The notes: generated by a model not told the origin, from the letters alone. Positions 1 through 15,253 are shown, numbered from the whole stretch's first letter. The stretch is DNA of 63,876 nt, filler included, from Hyphochytrium catenoides (GCA_900088475.1; 13 parts of 13 records of this genome joined end to end with filler, not necessarily neighbours in it), one strand, 5' to 3'. Translations and numbers: made by a program.

Positions 1-310
1 ATTGGCCGCGGTGGTGGCGGCGGCGGCGGCGGTGCGCGCGCGCGGCAAAATTCAAAATCCAGTAAAAATCTGCCCCCGCTGTCTTTACCCATTCTTCGAC
101 CGGTACTACCACCTTAATCAGCAGGTCTCCGCGGACATTAAGCCTACTAGTAGTGACTTTAGAAGCAGCAGTAAGGTAAGCTCTTGCGTTATCCACCAGC
201 AGTTGTGATGAAAGCCATAATCTATATATGCAGTCAACAAATTGCGCACGAAGGATTTCAGCAGGAAGTGCATTATTAAATGGTGATCTAAATCATTGAA
301 TCTCCTCAGG

Positions 311-3300
311 ATGTCGGGAAAAAGTGCACCATTAGTGGAGGAAGCCAGTCTATCACCACCAGCTACTGCTGGTACGCCACCCAATGCGACCAGCAGTGCG
401 ATAACTGGGCCAGGCCGAACGCCAAGGCTCTCTCTATCCTTGGCCCATCGTAGTCGCGGCGCTACGGTGTTTACCGTGGGAGATAGGACGACTATCCTTA
501 GTAGCCCAAGACACACTACTAGTATGAGCCAGCCCTCGATTGTCGCTCCAGCTTCCGCGCCCCCGCTTGTCCGTCAATATCAATATCCTTACAGACCTAG
601 AATATCCCATCTCGAGGAACTGACTGAAGAGGAGGAGTTACAGGTGAGTATATCAAGTCTGATCAACATGTGTCGGGTGTCTGGTGGGGGAGAGGCGGGA
701 ACAATGGTTTCCTTTATCACGATCTGCCGCGCTGGCGCCTAATATAGGGTTGTCCCTTCTATAGCTTATGAATGGCAATCCGGTAATGTACTCTCAAGAG
801 GAGTACCTGGAACCCCAGTCAGCACCACCGGCGCTACCTGGTACCCGCAGGATATACGTGGAAGATATGGTATGCGAAGAGGTTTATTGTTCTCTGAGCT
901 TCAAGCAGTGACATCAGGTGCATAGGGACATCCTCAACATCTGTCATTCGATACCTTTCCTGATATCTATGCCGGCGAGACCCCATTCAGCCAGGTAAGC
1001 ATTTTATGGCTGGCCATATGCGATCTTGGATTGTCCATTGCATTCTTTTGTCATAGTACGTGCCTGTGCCTGTTCTGACTAGCGCTTGACTAGGTGCAAA
1101 CGTCTTTTATCGCTGGACGCAACAGGGTATCCTTATCAAGGGCTCCGCCTTACGCGGCTGGACAATCTCTTGACGGTGCTGTGTTTCAAACCAACGAAAG
1201 AGCACAAAACAATCTCAATCGGGTCCAGAAAACGGCTACAATGGCTGGAGCAGATACTCAACTTCAGGTAGTCGTCTGCAACGTCTAACGTCTTACTTCA
1301 TAGACTGCAATCCAATCCTATCTGACCTGTGATGCGCTGACAGTCCCCAGTAGAAGTTAGGCCCAGAGTCCTCGTCAATGGTACATCCGGTGAAAATCAA
1401 GGACAGGTATGGCGTCATCTCTAAAGTTGACCCCTGAACCTGCTTTTAGGGATTAACCAGGATCACAAACCTAACGCCAGGTTCTGGGGAAGCGCTTAAG
1501 ACCTCTCTCAGCGTCTTCTGACGGCAGCCCATTTGGCCCCGATGAACTCCTTCGATATGGCAGCGGTCAGCGCTATCAGGTATGGAAGAGATCAAACGAT
1601 CAGATCAGTACTGGACTATGAGTAAATGAGTTTCTTTCTGTTCTTTTGTAGAATGGGGGTAAAAGAATCAGGATGGATTCCATTGAAACGACGGGAGACA
1701 GTTCGAGAGAATTTTTATCCGCGTTGGATGAAGTCCTTCCTAGTGGGCTAGACCTTTCGGAGGAGTATGATGCGGCACTAGAACCACCATTGGAGACAGG
1801 AGTGGCAGAAGAGGCTCCTGGCGTCGTTACACTAGTGATGTCACTGTTGTACCCTCCATGCACGACTCTACAGAATTAAGTGAACAGGTCGGTTGATACC
1901 TAAATCAGGAATCAATTTTTACAATGTGAGGTGTCAACGTTTGACCGTGTGTCCAGGCTGCGAATTTCCCGACGACGATTGAGATCAAACAAGGCACCAC
2001 CTTCCGATCCTGGCAGGAAGTCGAAGATCTCATAACAGATTATGCCCGAACACAGGGTGTAGTTCTTTCTATAAGGAATAGCCAGACAGTGTTAGCATAC
2101 AATGGCAGCAGAAAGAAGGTACGTCTTCGTAATAAAAAAGCCAGTATGGGTGTGGCAGGCTTCTACAGTTTTGCCCGTTTCTCGTCATGTGCTACACCAC
2201 AGGTAGAAAACCACCATGACCCGAAGTGGGGTTTCGCATGGAAGAAGTACATCTGCGATCGTGGCGGAAAATATCAATCCAAGGGCGATGGCATCAGGCC
2301 TGCCGCGACAACGTCCAAAACGGATTGTTCTTTCTCTATTATGGTCCGTATAAACAAAGAGAAGTCGGGCCTAACCGTAACATCTATCTCTGACAAGAAG
2401 GATCATAACCACACTATCGATCCAAGCGATCTCGTGTATCACAAGAAGGAGCGCCTTAAGTGGCGCACCACATCAGTCGGGGAAAAGGCAGCTTTGATGG
2501 TCGAATTGGGAGTTCGCCCGCGTGCATTGCGAGGTTGGCTGAAAGGAGAAGGTGTACGCCCTACAGCTAAGGATATCTACAACTTCAAAAGAGACCTCAA
2601 GAAGGACAAAATCGGAAGGTGGAATGCTGCCCAGGTAAGAGGCAAGGCTTTCAGTTACCCCTTGATCGCTCATTCGGTGATGATGTAGATGTTAAAAAAG
2701 AAAGCGCACGAAATCAACTCGGAAGACCCAGATTCAGTATTGTTTGTTGAGAAGGACGGCTATTTTGAGTTGCTTCATTACTCATCCTCATTTATGAGGG
2801 ATAGAGCAATAAAGTTTGGTTCCGTCCTTGTAATGGATGCTAGTTTTAATAAGGACAACCAGGTAAGATAGCCGAACTCGCTTCGAACGTTAAGGACAAA
2901 GGAAATGACCATTACAACTTTACTTTGATTGCAGAGAAACCTTATTTATGGCATTGCTGTGATGAATGGGGATGGTAAAGGCCATGTTATTCAGTACACG
3001 CTTGCCACTGCAGACACGAAGGACACGATTCGAAGTGCGCTGCAGTACTACAAATCCTATAACTCTAGATGGGCGCAGACGAAAGCGGTCTTAATCGACA
3101 AGGATTTTAAAGAGATCGACGTTATTCGAGAAGAACTTCCGGCGGCAAGGCCCATGCTTTGTCTCTTCCATGTAAAAACCTATCTGAGGAAGCGTATTTC
3201 GCAGTTCGGCTTATCATCTGGTGAGTTCCCTTGGAAATGTATTTATCTGCTTTCTAGCTCAGTCGTTTTTGCTGAATCGCTATCTATCTCCCTTCTAGAG

Positions 3301-5433
3301 GTTGCCAGTGCTGCCACCAAGGTCCTAGACGATGTGGTCGATGCTCGCAGTGAGAGACAGCTGAAAGACTGTTTGGAGGATCTTGCTAAGCTTACTGATG
3401 TTCCGAGAGCGAAGGGCGATAACTTTTGGACTTATTTCCAAGCGAACTGGGTCAATTGTAAGGAGATGTGGGTGGCCTTCGAGAGGCAAAAAGTTCATAC
3501 TCTGGGTAAGCGCACCACTAACTTTATTGAATGTCGCTGGAGAGAGGTGAACCAGGACTGCGGTCGGGGCCATGAAGCCTGGGAGGTCCTCGAGGGGATC
3601 AAGCGTATCGCAGATACCCACGAGAGAGATATCCGGGCCCAGTGGCATCATCGCTGCAGAACACAGACTCGTGTCGAGGAGGAGTATGCTGAGCTTGCTC
3701 ATCTGGTGCCCCAGTACACAAACTTTGCCATAAAAAAGATGTGTTCAGAGCTCAAACAGGCGAAAGAGTGCTTCAAGGCGAGGAACTATCTCTTGCAGGC
3801 AGGTGCAGAAGGTACTTCTTTCAGAGAGAGACGCTCTGGTACCTGCTTCTTCATCCAGAAGACATCCAGGGGGGTGCACGGCATCTGCAACTGCCCTATT
3901 GGCAGTCAATATGAGCTCTTATGTCAACACTACTTTATCACAGTCTTGGAAGATGCTTGGCTAAAAGGCGGTGAACAAGAATGGGCCGACTATATACCAT
4001 CAGGTATAATTTTACCCGCCTTTCTCATCAAAAATCAGGCACCTCCGCCGGAGGGCAAAGCGGGGGAACATTTGGGTCAACAACCTCTCCCGATACAATG
4101 TATCGAGACGCGGCAGATGACAGAAACGATTCAACAGAAATCTCAAGGACCTCCCAGACTTTCCCGCACGGAGCGTTTCTGCAAGCTTCGTAGCCTTTCC
4201 GAAAAGCTAGCCCAGGATGCCTCTTATCTCTCTTGGAAGGACTTCGAAGCAGTTAGAGATATCTTGGAGCTACTCAGTAGCGCAGTTCGGCGCGGTGATG
4301 ACATGAAGCTCGAACGTGTTGAAGAAGGACTTTCCAGAATCATGATCACTCGTGCGAGTAATAGCGGGCGGGCAAGTAACATGAAGGGGAACCAGACAGG
4401 AGACGATACTGAGAAAGACCCCTTTGAACAGGATCCCATCCAGTTCAAAGCTGTAGTCAAATCTTCAGGTCGTCCGAAGGAGTCAGCTTACTCGAAGTGG
4501 CTTAAGCCTGTCTCTCAAGGAAGCCGATCTCTCAGTCAGATCGTAACTTCCGGACAGATAAGTGTGGTACCCGCTACGTTATCAGATACGCTCCGATACT
4601 GCCACAGGAAGGGAGCTACCTTGCAGGATCTTATCAACTATGAGAAGTGGCCGAAAACCTTGGAGTTTACAAACGAAGAACCATGGTTCTTCGACGCCGT
4701 ACCAATCAACAGGAGCGGTCTGTCTATCTCTCGCTCCTGTGACGTGGCTGTCTTGCTACCTCCTGCCCTTATCAAGATGATATTTCCTCTGGTGCTGGCT
4801 CCAAAAGAGAAGGCTTCGACTACTGAGACGGTATTAATCTTCCATGAAGGTGGTCCCATAGTGCTAGATAGTTTTTTGCTAGAGAATATGGGCAAAGTCT
4901 ATGCTTTTCATAGCATCGCCTCCCTGCTGAGGACCGCTTTAGATCAGCTTAAACCCGAAGCCCTTCATTCACATCTCGAGGCTTTCAAGTCTCAGAAGCA
5001 TGACCTGAAGAAACAACACCTTCAGCAGTTCTGCAGCCATCCTTCCGTAACCAGTCTAAAGAAGGCGGTCGACGGAATCAGAACTAGGCTACTGCGTTGG
5101 AACAGGCCTGGCCTAATGGCCCTGGGACTTAAGGAATGCCCAATGTTCGGACTTACTGCGCATTCCCTTGCAGCCATGCTGCTTGATGAACAGTTCTCGG
5201 ACGTTTCTGTTAACTGCATCTTATTGGCAAGTTTTAAAGACGCAATACCGGCAGGTAGGTCTGTCTTCTTTCTGTGACATACTGACTCCCATCCAGTCGT
5301 GACCAAGATACCTGTAATACTTATCTTCTTCGCCCTACTTCATTATGCACAGACTTACTACTCTTGCCACTACTAAATGTATCCAATGGGTACCTTAAGA
5401 GAGAGATCGACGTTGTCAGTTGGCTTATAGCTA
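311..5433 (+). CDS. Multi-exon MULE transposase (ZSWIM3/FAR1-like N-terminal domain, DDE core, SWIM zinc finger)
   Basis: Spliced translation: FRSWQEVEDLITDY (~2000), KYIC..GGKYQSKGDGIR..C...HNH, VLVMDASF (D1, ~2835), VLIDKDFKE (D2) followed by LCLFH (MULE CxxH), TTNFIE (E), SWIM CNCPIGSQYELLCQH (~3885). Short GT-AG introns at about 2119-2202, 2635-2688, 2863-2934 and 3221-3298. The 5' exons (311-1850) are low complexity and tentative. Confidence 0.88.
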
Positions 5434-5590
5434 AGGTAAACAAACCCTATGCCAATNNNNNNNNNNNNNNNNNNNNNNNNNNNNNNNNNNNNNNNNNNNN
5501 NNNNNNNNNNNNNNNNNNNNNNNNNNNNNNNNNNNNNNNNNNNNNNNNNNNNNNNNNNNNNNNNNNNNNNNNNNNNNNNNNNNNNNNNCG

Positions 5591-7977
5591 ATGAAAGCTG
5601 AAGCTGCACTCTATCTGGCAGTATTCGAAAATGACCATATCCTGCTCTTCCCCCTGAGAAACAACACCACAAAAGCCATGGTTGATGTAAGTCTATCAGG
5701 AAACAGCAGTGTTGCTGGGACAATTAAAAAGCTGTTTGATAGTTGAGTGTTATCGTAGAGAGAGAAAGGAGATAAGCTAGCACATTTAGTGGACGAGATG
5801 TTGGTTTATATAGTTGGCGTTGAAGTGCTCAATCAGAGGACAGTGGAACTGCTTTTGATGTTTTTTTTGTAACTGGAAGCAAGTTCTCTGACGACCACGG
5901 CCTACTCTTTCTGTCATAGGAGGCAGCTGGAGCATTGAGGACCGTCTTGTTAAAGGTGAACGAGATAATGTTTGACAAAGGTGGAAGAGGTCCGACGACC
6001 TCCATATACCACTCTTTGGATGGTTACCTCACAAGACTTGATGAAGACGACTCACTGACTATGAAGGAAGCCTTGATGCTGGATTCAGATTGGAGCAGCA
6101 GCTCTTCCGATAGTGCCGTTCAGATCCCTCCTCATCATGAACTTTGGCGCCTTACACTCCTGACTAGAGCCATATTGCAGGGCGCAGAAGAGGTTCATCT
6201 CTCCAGTCTCTCTCCATTATTTGCATATCACCATCGCCTCTTCATGACTCTAGCACTGCACCAGTTATTGCCGCATATGGAAGAACTGTACGTGGTGGAT
6301 GAAGACCAACATGAGATCTTGCTTCATCAGCAGAAGAGTGGTGGAGAGGCGGTGGGTCCGGGTCGACTGTTTCTCGAGGCCTTTGCTCGAGCAGGTAACA
6401 GATTCTCTGTCTAACGGTCGAATCATGCCATTGGTCTTATCAAACACCGATGTATCTTTTCTATTTGCATCCTTCTTATTATGTGTCATTATTGTGTTTG
6501 CTGGGGGCCTCCTGAGGATCAGTCGTCGGTACCAGTCTTCTTCAATATACGTTTCTCACCATTAAATCTCTTTCCACGTTGCTCTTACGCTCTTTACTGC
6601 TTCTAGATGAAAGCCAGACGACAGTGCCGCTCCTTCCTATACGATCTGAGCTCTTAAAAGCATCTATTGCGGAGGGCCAGTCGAAGTGGTGGTTAACTCT
6701 CGCCCGGCGTCTGGAAAACGATCTGCTGACATTTAGATCCCACGAGGCATCGTGCCCCTTGAGGGCTCATGTATTATCTGGTCTCCTGATCGGGGCAAAG
6801 GATGACCGTCACACCCAAGCAGAAGACCTTCTACGCCTCTTCTTAGGGCTGAATTCATCATTTCGACTATATATGACGACAGAGAAGGAGGGAAACGATG
6901 CAGAAGAAGGCCCAGTTGGAGCTGTTCACGTTTTTGACCTCCTCTCCCTTCATTTGTCGCACTGGAGAGAAAGGTTTCTTGACTTAAAAGACTTTCTAAC
7001 CCTAGTTCCTCTGGAATGGTTGAGCGACAGTGTAGTGGACGCAGCCATATTTTCTATTCCTCGTCTACTAAGTAGGATGACAGGTATGTGGTGGTATCAC
7101 TGGGCCTATCACCTACCACTGTTCCGTTGATCACCATCTTTCCCCCGATGTTATTCAACCATTCTAACGTGTCATGACTTCCTGCACGCACTGTAGATGG
7201 GCGAGCCAATGGGTCTAATATTGACGTTATATGCTCTTCGGAAACTCTACACATCCTTATTAACGGAGATCGCTCTTGTAAGGAAGCCACGCGGTCAGCC
7301 CTTTTGGGGAAGGTGAGAAGCCGGGAGTTCCGTCTCTCAGTGATATCCTAGTGGTGGGACTATAGCTTCCTTCTTTATTATCGACAGGTATCTGACATCT
7401 TTTCAAGAGAGGGCGAGAAGGCCAGGTTGCTCCCATGGCGATTCTACTTCCCACTTCTCCTTAGAGGCTCCAATCATTGGGTGGGAGTTCTGCTCGATGT
7501 GGGAAGCGGAACTCTCTTTTACGAAGACTCGATGGGCGACTTCGCTCGGTGCAATGTGGGTACAGATCTACCAGTGTTTACAATCTACACTGGAACTTTT
7601 TCATTTCCCTCTACTCGCGTATGAAGGATTTGGGGATACTCCTTTGCAACTGATACCGGCGACTGCGTTCTTAGGCTATTCAAGGGTCTCTTGAGTTCGT
7701 CGTTCGGGAAATGCAGAGTCTCGGAGTGAGGAGTAGTGCACAACGTACTCTCAAGGTGGTCAAGAGGAAAACGTTCCCCCAGGTGGACCTAAACAGCTGT
7801 GGTCTCTGCCTCTTGTGTACCATTTGTATATATGTTATGAGGGGGGATTGGTCGTCTGAACTGAAAGATGTCGGTCTGACAATCAGTCCTGACCTTGCGA
7901 TAGCGATTAGAATCTTATGGATGCGTACCATACTGGAAGTGGGTGTTGTCTCTTATGGGTTAGGTGGCAAACCGTAA
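5591..7977 (+). CDS. Ulp1/SENP-like cysteine protease (peptidase C48) preceded by an unknown helical region; multi-exon, possibly fused to the transposase
   Basis: Motifs in C48 order: LVPLEWLSDSVVDAAI, GSNHWVGVLLD (His), FYEDSMG (Asp), FPQVDLNSCGL (oxyanion Gln, catalytic Cys). Exons link through GT-AG junctions (e.g. donor ~6395, acceptor 6522). Confidence 0.78.
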
Positions 7978-9807
7978 GACTCTCTACATGTAAACACAAT
8001 ATCAGACTTGCTATTTTTCTATAAACTCTGCTTCTATCTCTTCCAGAATGAATACATGTGTAGAGTCTAAGTCACCGAAAGCTCTTACTTGGAGGTAATG
8101 ATACAAGTAGTCTATTCATAAAGGAGTCTATTACGAGAGAAATCGCAGGACAGGGCTTCGGCAGGAAGAGCATAAGAGGGCTGGAGAAGGCCGAGTTTGG
8201 ACCAGGCAGGGGACGGGCGAAAAGAGAAGCAGGACGCACGGTGATGGCCGAAGGGCAGGGCTTCAGCGGAGGACGTCAGAGACAAAAAGCTGAGAAGGAT
8301 GTACGACATGAGACGTCTGAAGGAGTGAAGGAATCACGAGTGCGACATACAGCTCACAGCAGGAGGAGAGGATGTTGGGCTGATAGTATCGCAAGATGAC
8401 GAGGGAAGCAGAGTAATACTATAAAATGTCACGAGGAGACGGGACGGGGTAACAGAGTTCGTGAGATGAATTGGAAGGTACAGGTAAGGGTGGTCAGAGC
8501 ACGAGGGGACGCATGATGATGTGACAGATTGCAACTGTAGAGACAGGGAGCCCGGCAACAGATCAAGGGAGGCAGGTGGAGGGATGGCAATCTGAGGTCA
8601 ACTGGTGGAAAGGGAAAGGGCGCACTGCAGAGGAGGTCACGGAAGGAAGGTGAAGGGGTAGCAACCGGAGAAAAGATAAACCATGGCAGAGGTGGGCCGG
8701 GGAAAGGGGATGGAATGGCAGGCCAAGGGAGATAAGCGTTAAGCAGGATAGGTCACGGCTGGAATGATTGAGCGATGGAAGGGCAGCAGGGGAAAGTGGA
8801 GGCAAAGCAGAGCTGGCCAGGTCTGAGGGAGGTCACGGATGGAAGGAGCGGGAGAAGGAGAGTGGACTGAGGCAATAGAGGAAGGGAGGCGATGCAGGAT
8901 AAACGGCGGCATGAAGGGAACGAAGACAGGGCTGCGCAATTAAGGAGAAGTAGCGACAGAGAGGTTAAAGTGTGACACGGGGAAGTACAAGCATTACCCT
9001 TTAGGTTCACCATGATATGAGAAGGCTGAGCAGGCAAAATTGGTCCGGGTCATAGCGCGACGAATACTGGAGAGTTCGAACGATGGCAGCACAGGAGGGG
9101 CGGGAAGGCCATCAAAGGTATGCATGAGTGAAGGCAGTATCCTACAGGGCTAGAAACGGATTAGCAAGCCATACAAATCAGTCAACTCGCCAGATGTCAG
9201 GAAGAAAGCACTCGGCTATTCAGCGTCTAATAATAGACAGGAAAAGCTACAATTGGGCAGGCTAGGGCAGGACGACAGGCCTACGCAAGACACAGGTTGG
9301 CAGAATAGGAAAGGACAGCACAGAAGACGATCTAGCGGAAGGGAGACGAGAAAGGAATCTTGGGACAAGGAAGAGGTGGTCAGAACGGAGCAGGGTAGGA
9401 ATGAAGAGCACGAAGAGGAAAAGGAAGCGAACTGGGCTAGAGAAGGCAGGGAAGAATCTAGCAAGGGGGCAAGGCTTGAGAGGATGTGGGCAGAGAAGAC
9501 TTGGGCAAAAGTCGGACAATTTAAAGAAGAGATGAGGAAAACAGGCAGGGCAGGACCAGAAATGGGGGAAAAGAAAGAGGATAGCACATTAAAAGAGCGG
9601 ACCTAGAGGCAAAAAAGCAAAGGACGTCACAGCCGAGGAGGAGTGGAGGAAGCAGACGACACCACTAAGCAGGAGGGACCTTAGAGCGCATTCCACGACA
9701 TAAGTCAACGAAGGTAACACGCAGAGCAGAACTAGAGGAAAGAACTGCACGGCAGTACCGGACAAGACAGCATTGCGAGGCTGGACCGAGCCATGTTATT
9801 TAGTAGC

Positions 9808-9870
9808 CTGTGACCTAGTAGGCCTGTGACCTAGTAGCAGCACTGTGACCTAGTAGCCCTGTGACTATCC
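9808..9870 (+). repeat. Three and a half copies of CTGTGACCTAGTAG; candidate right terminal/subterminal repeat of the MULE
   Basis: Copies at 9808, 9824 and 9843, partial at 9859; the reverse complement of the end reads GGATAGTCACAGGG... Confidence 0.5.
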
Positions 9871-10078
9871 TGTGAAGCGAGACAGAGTGAGACACAGTGG
9901 TCATGATGTGAGATGANNNNNNNNNNNNNNNNNNNNNNNNNNNNNNNNNNNNNNNNNNNNTTAATTAATTAANNNNNNNNNNNNNNNNNNNNNNNNNNNN
10001 NNNNNNNNNNNNNNNNCCCCCCCCTCCCTCTCTCTCTTTAATACTTTCTCTCTCTCTCAACCTGCTTAACGGGTTTAG

Positions 10079-11850
<1,772 letters not shown>

Positions 11851-12351
11851 GGCTTGTCAATCTCTCCTCCTTCACACACACACTCTCTCTCTCTCTTTCT
11901 TTCTCTCTCTCTCTCTCTGTGTCCATCTGGTTTTGTATCTCTCCCTCTCTGTTTTATTTATAAAGCTCCTCCTACTAAGATAGAGCTGCGTGGCTGATGT
12001 ACCCTCATCACAGTGTTTTATGCCCTCGTTTGGCTCAGAGATTGGAGAGAGGCAAGGAATAGTACTCGAATTATTGAGTAACCGCACCACCTTTCTCTCT
12101 CCCTGACTCTCTCATTCTTCCACTTGCTTTCTCTCCCTCGCTCTGTCTGTCTTCCACTTGCTCGCTCTCCTCTCTCTCTTCCACTTGCTCGCTCTCTCGC
12201 TCTCTTCCACTTGCTTGCTCTCCCTCCCTCCCTCTTCCTGTCTTTCTCTCCGCGACCTATCTCACCCATCGCCTCTCAAAATGCCTGAGAGAGACGGCCT
12301 CCCAGTCATTTCTTTGCAGCTGATATTAGTTATAGTATATTCATATCGCGG

Positions 12352-12383
<32 letters not shown>

Positions 12384-12853
12384 AGAGAGAGACAGAACGA
12401 GGGTCATATTTCAACAGAGAGAGCAGGATTCCGCTTGCATGCGGGTTGAGAAGGAGAGAGGATGGTGAATCAGAGGAGAACAAGCGAGAGGGAGAGAGAG
12501 CTAACAAGTTCTATCCCTACTCTAGCCGGAGTTTGTCTTTCCCTCTCTTTCCTTCCTCTTCTCTCGTCTCTCTCTTGAGAGCGATCCCAGGACCAATCGT
12601 CTCTGCTCTTCGGAATCCACCCTTCACTCTCTTCAGGGACGGATAATGCGTGAACAGGATAGAGAGAGACCGACCGCGATGACCCTGAATGGAAGAGAAG
12701 AAGAGAGACAGAGAGGCAGCGTGAAGAGAAGTCGAGGGAGAAGAAGAACGACAGACGAGAAGCGAAGAGGAAGAGATGAATTAGCAGAAAGAAGAGGGAG
12801 AGAGAAAGAGTTTAGTTCCAAGCACGGCAACAGCCAAAACCGTAGGAGTAACC

Positions 12854-14365
12854 CTAACAAGAGAGAAGAGTAACCCGAGTCCGGGAAGACAGAGAGAGGT
12901 TGAAACCACGCGAGAAGAGAGAGAGAGAGAGAGAGAGAAAGCACACAGGGAAAGAGCGGCAAACCTGAAGAGCTTTAGGCTTCCACATTCTATAGAACGC
13001 GATCGCGGCGGAGAGGAAGCCAAAGATTGCCTCCTGTCCTTTGCTCTTTGTGGGCCACTGGAAGGCGAGCTTCATGCATTGCATCAGGTCGCAGAAGAGC
13101 TTCACTTGGTTCAGCCACAGAGAGCGGATCTTCACCTAGAAGGTTCCGGCGCAGGGAGAGAGAAAGAGAGAGAGATGCATGAACAGAGAGAGAGAGTAAG
13201 GCATCATGGCGAAAGGAAGATAAGAAGTTGGGCTTCGCCGCGGAAGAGGTGCGAAGAAGACAGCAAATAAGTTCCACAGCAAACCGAAAGAAAGAGAGAG
13301 AGAGAGAGAGAGCCTAAGAGTTTGGACAATACATCAAAGGAGAGCTAATAATGAAGAGCCGAGAGATGAGATAGCTAGGGAAAGAGAGAGACATGCAGAG
13401 AGAGAGAGAGACATGCAGAGAGAAAGACAGAGAGAGAGACCAGCCACACCTTAGTGTCGTGAATTTCCTGAGGATTCTTCCCTGTCGGCGGATCTTTGAC
13501 CTTCTCATATTTCTTGTACGCCTGAAGGAGCTCGAAAGTGTTGATCGGAATATCGATCAACAGCCCCAGGAACCTTGCGCAGGGAAAGAAGGAGAGAGAG
13601 AAAGGAGTTATTCGGAGTAGCGAGAGGGAGAGAGGAAGGCTGAGGATGAGAGAAAGGTAACAGGGCGGACGAAGGAGAAAAAAAGAGAGATTGAAAGAGA
13701 GGTAAGAAGAGAGAGAGAGGGAGAGAGAGATAAAAGAGAGCGAGCAAGGGAGAGAGAGAGACACACACAGGCAGAGAGAGAGAAAGAGAGAGGGAAGGGG
13801 GAAGGCCGACGACAGACACACACACGCAGACATAGCGTACCATAAATAGTCACCGATCCAATCATGCTTGATAAACTAGAGGACGCGGAGAGGGAGAGAG
13901 AGAGAGAGAGAACGCGCGGAACAGAGAGATGAGAGACACACTTCCCCCTGTGGCTCTTTCTCACTTTCTCTCAATCTACACAGTCATCATGCTCTTCTCC
14001 AGCCTCAGCCATCGTATGGCCATCCTGCATCCCCATCTCCCAATGCTTGCCCCATCCTCGAGTCTCTCTTTTCTCTGTCTCTGTTTCTTCCCGCAGCAAT
14101 CCTCAGTTTCCCACCACTTCGTCCGTTCTTCTTTTTCTCTAATTTTTTTCCTCTCCCCCGTCTCTCTCTCTCTCTTTTGTTCTCTCTCTCTCTCTCTTTT
14201 GTTCTCTCTCTGCTCTCTCTCTTTCTCCATCTGTCTGCTCCTCCTTTTTGCCTCTTTGCCTCCCTCCCACATCTTCCTCCCTCCTTTCCAAATGTTCTTT
14301 TTCTCTCTTTTCCGCTCATCTTTTCTCTCTCTCTCTCTCCCCCTCTGGCTGTCTTTCTCTCTCTC

Positions 14366-14399
<34 letters not shown>

Positions 14400-15253
14400 C
14401 TTCTCTCACCCATTGTGGCGCAAGACTTTTCTCTGACAGCCAGAGAAGATCATCGACGAGCTCTCCCGTCGCGCCGATCGAATCCTGGCAGATCGCCGAG
14501 CATCGAAGGTACGGATTCTGGATTCTCATCTCAGACTCTAGGTTTTTCATGACGTTCAGGAATCTTCCCAGCCTGATTATCTTTCTGGCCTCACTGAATC
14601 CTTTGATGGCCGCGGCGCAGCGTTTCTCGAGGAAGAGTGGGAAGAAGAAAGAGAGAGACTTGAGAGAGTACTGCAGGAGCTTGCAGGTCTTGTCACGGCC
14701 CTCGTTCAGAGAGAGAATCTAAAGAGAGAGAGAGAAAGAGAGAGAGAGGAAAGGGGGGAGAGAGAGAGGACGAAGAAAAGAGAGGAGGAAAGAGAGAGAG
14801 AGAAACAAGAGAGAAGAGAGAGAGAGAGCAAAGAAAAGAAAAGAGAGAGAGAGAGAAAGAAAGAAAAGAGGGAAGGGCGGGGAAAAAGAGAAAAAAGGGA
14901 AAGACAGGTTGTGCGTGGCAGAGAGAATGGAGAGAGAGGGAGAGAAGGAACGAATATCGGGTTAAGAAAGGGGGCGACTCGTCAGAGAGAGAGACAGAGA
15001 GAGGGAGAGACAGAGAGACAGACANNNNNNNNNNNNNNNNNNNNNNNNNNNNNNNNNNNNNGGAATAAAGATAACGCAGAAAGAGGGAGAGACAAGAATC
15101 AAGAGGGAAGGGAGAGGAGGAGACGACAGAAAAAAGTGAAAAGGGCGAGAGAGAAACCAGAGAGAGGATGAAGTACATGCCAGCCGCGGTCTAGGCCGTT
15201 ACCTTGACGATCTTCTCCAGCTTCGTCTCCTCAATCTCAGCATCAGACGCCAT
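12854..15253 (-). CDS. PEX11: Peroxisomal biogenesis factor 11 family protein
   Basis: Exons ~15253-15203, 14718-14410, 13875-13841, 13573-13450, 13135-~12965: EGRDKTCKLLQY, FSEARKIIRLGRFL, and C-terminal DLMQCMKL...FGFLSAAIAFYRMW match the PEX11 pattern. The 3' end is uncertain. Confidence 0.82.

Larger units (their letters stand above)
1..9870 (+). mobile_element. Mutator-like (MULE) DNA transposon carrying a transposase and a Ulp1-like protease; left end probably outside the window
   Basis: Contains a MULE transposase and a C48 protease (below). Repeated CTGTGACCTAGTAG motifs ending in ...GACTATCC at 9870 resemble a terminal/subterminal structure. Boundaries are inferred. Confidence 0.7.

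Noticed and set aside
9808-9870. Short spaced repeats as a CRISPR-like array
   Set aside because: 14-bp repeats with 2-5 bp spacers, eukaryotic context and no cas genes.
9961-9972. TTAATTAATTAA as a biological site such as a piggyBac target
   Set aside because: Always embedded in N-runs of fixed length; an assembly linker.
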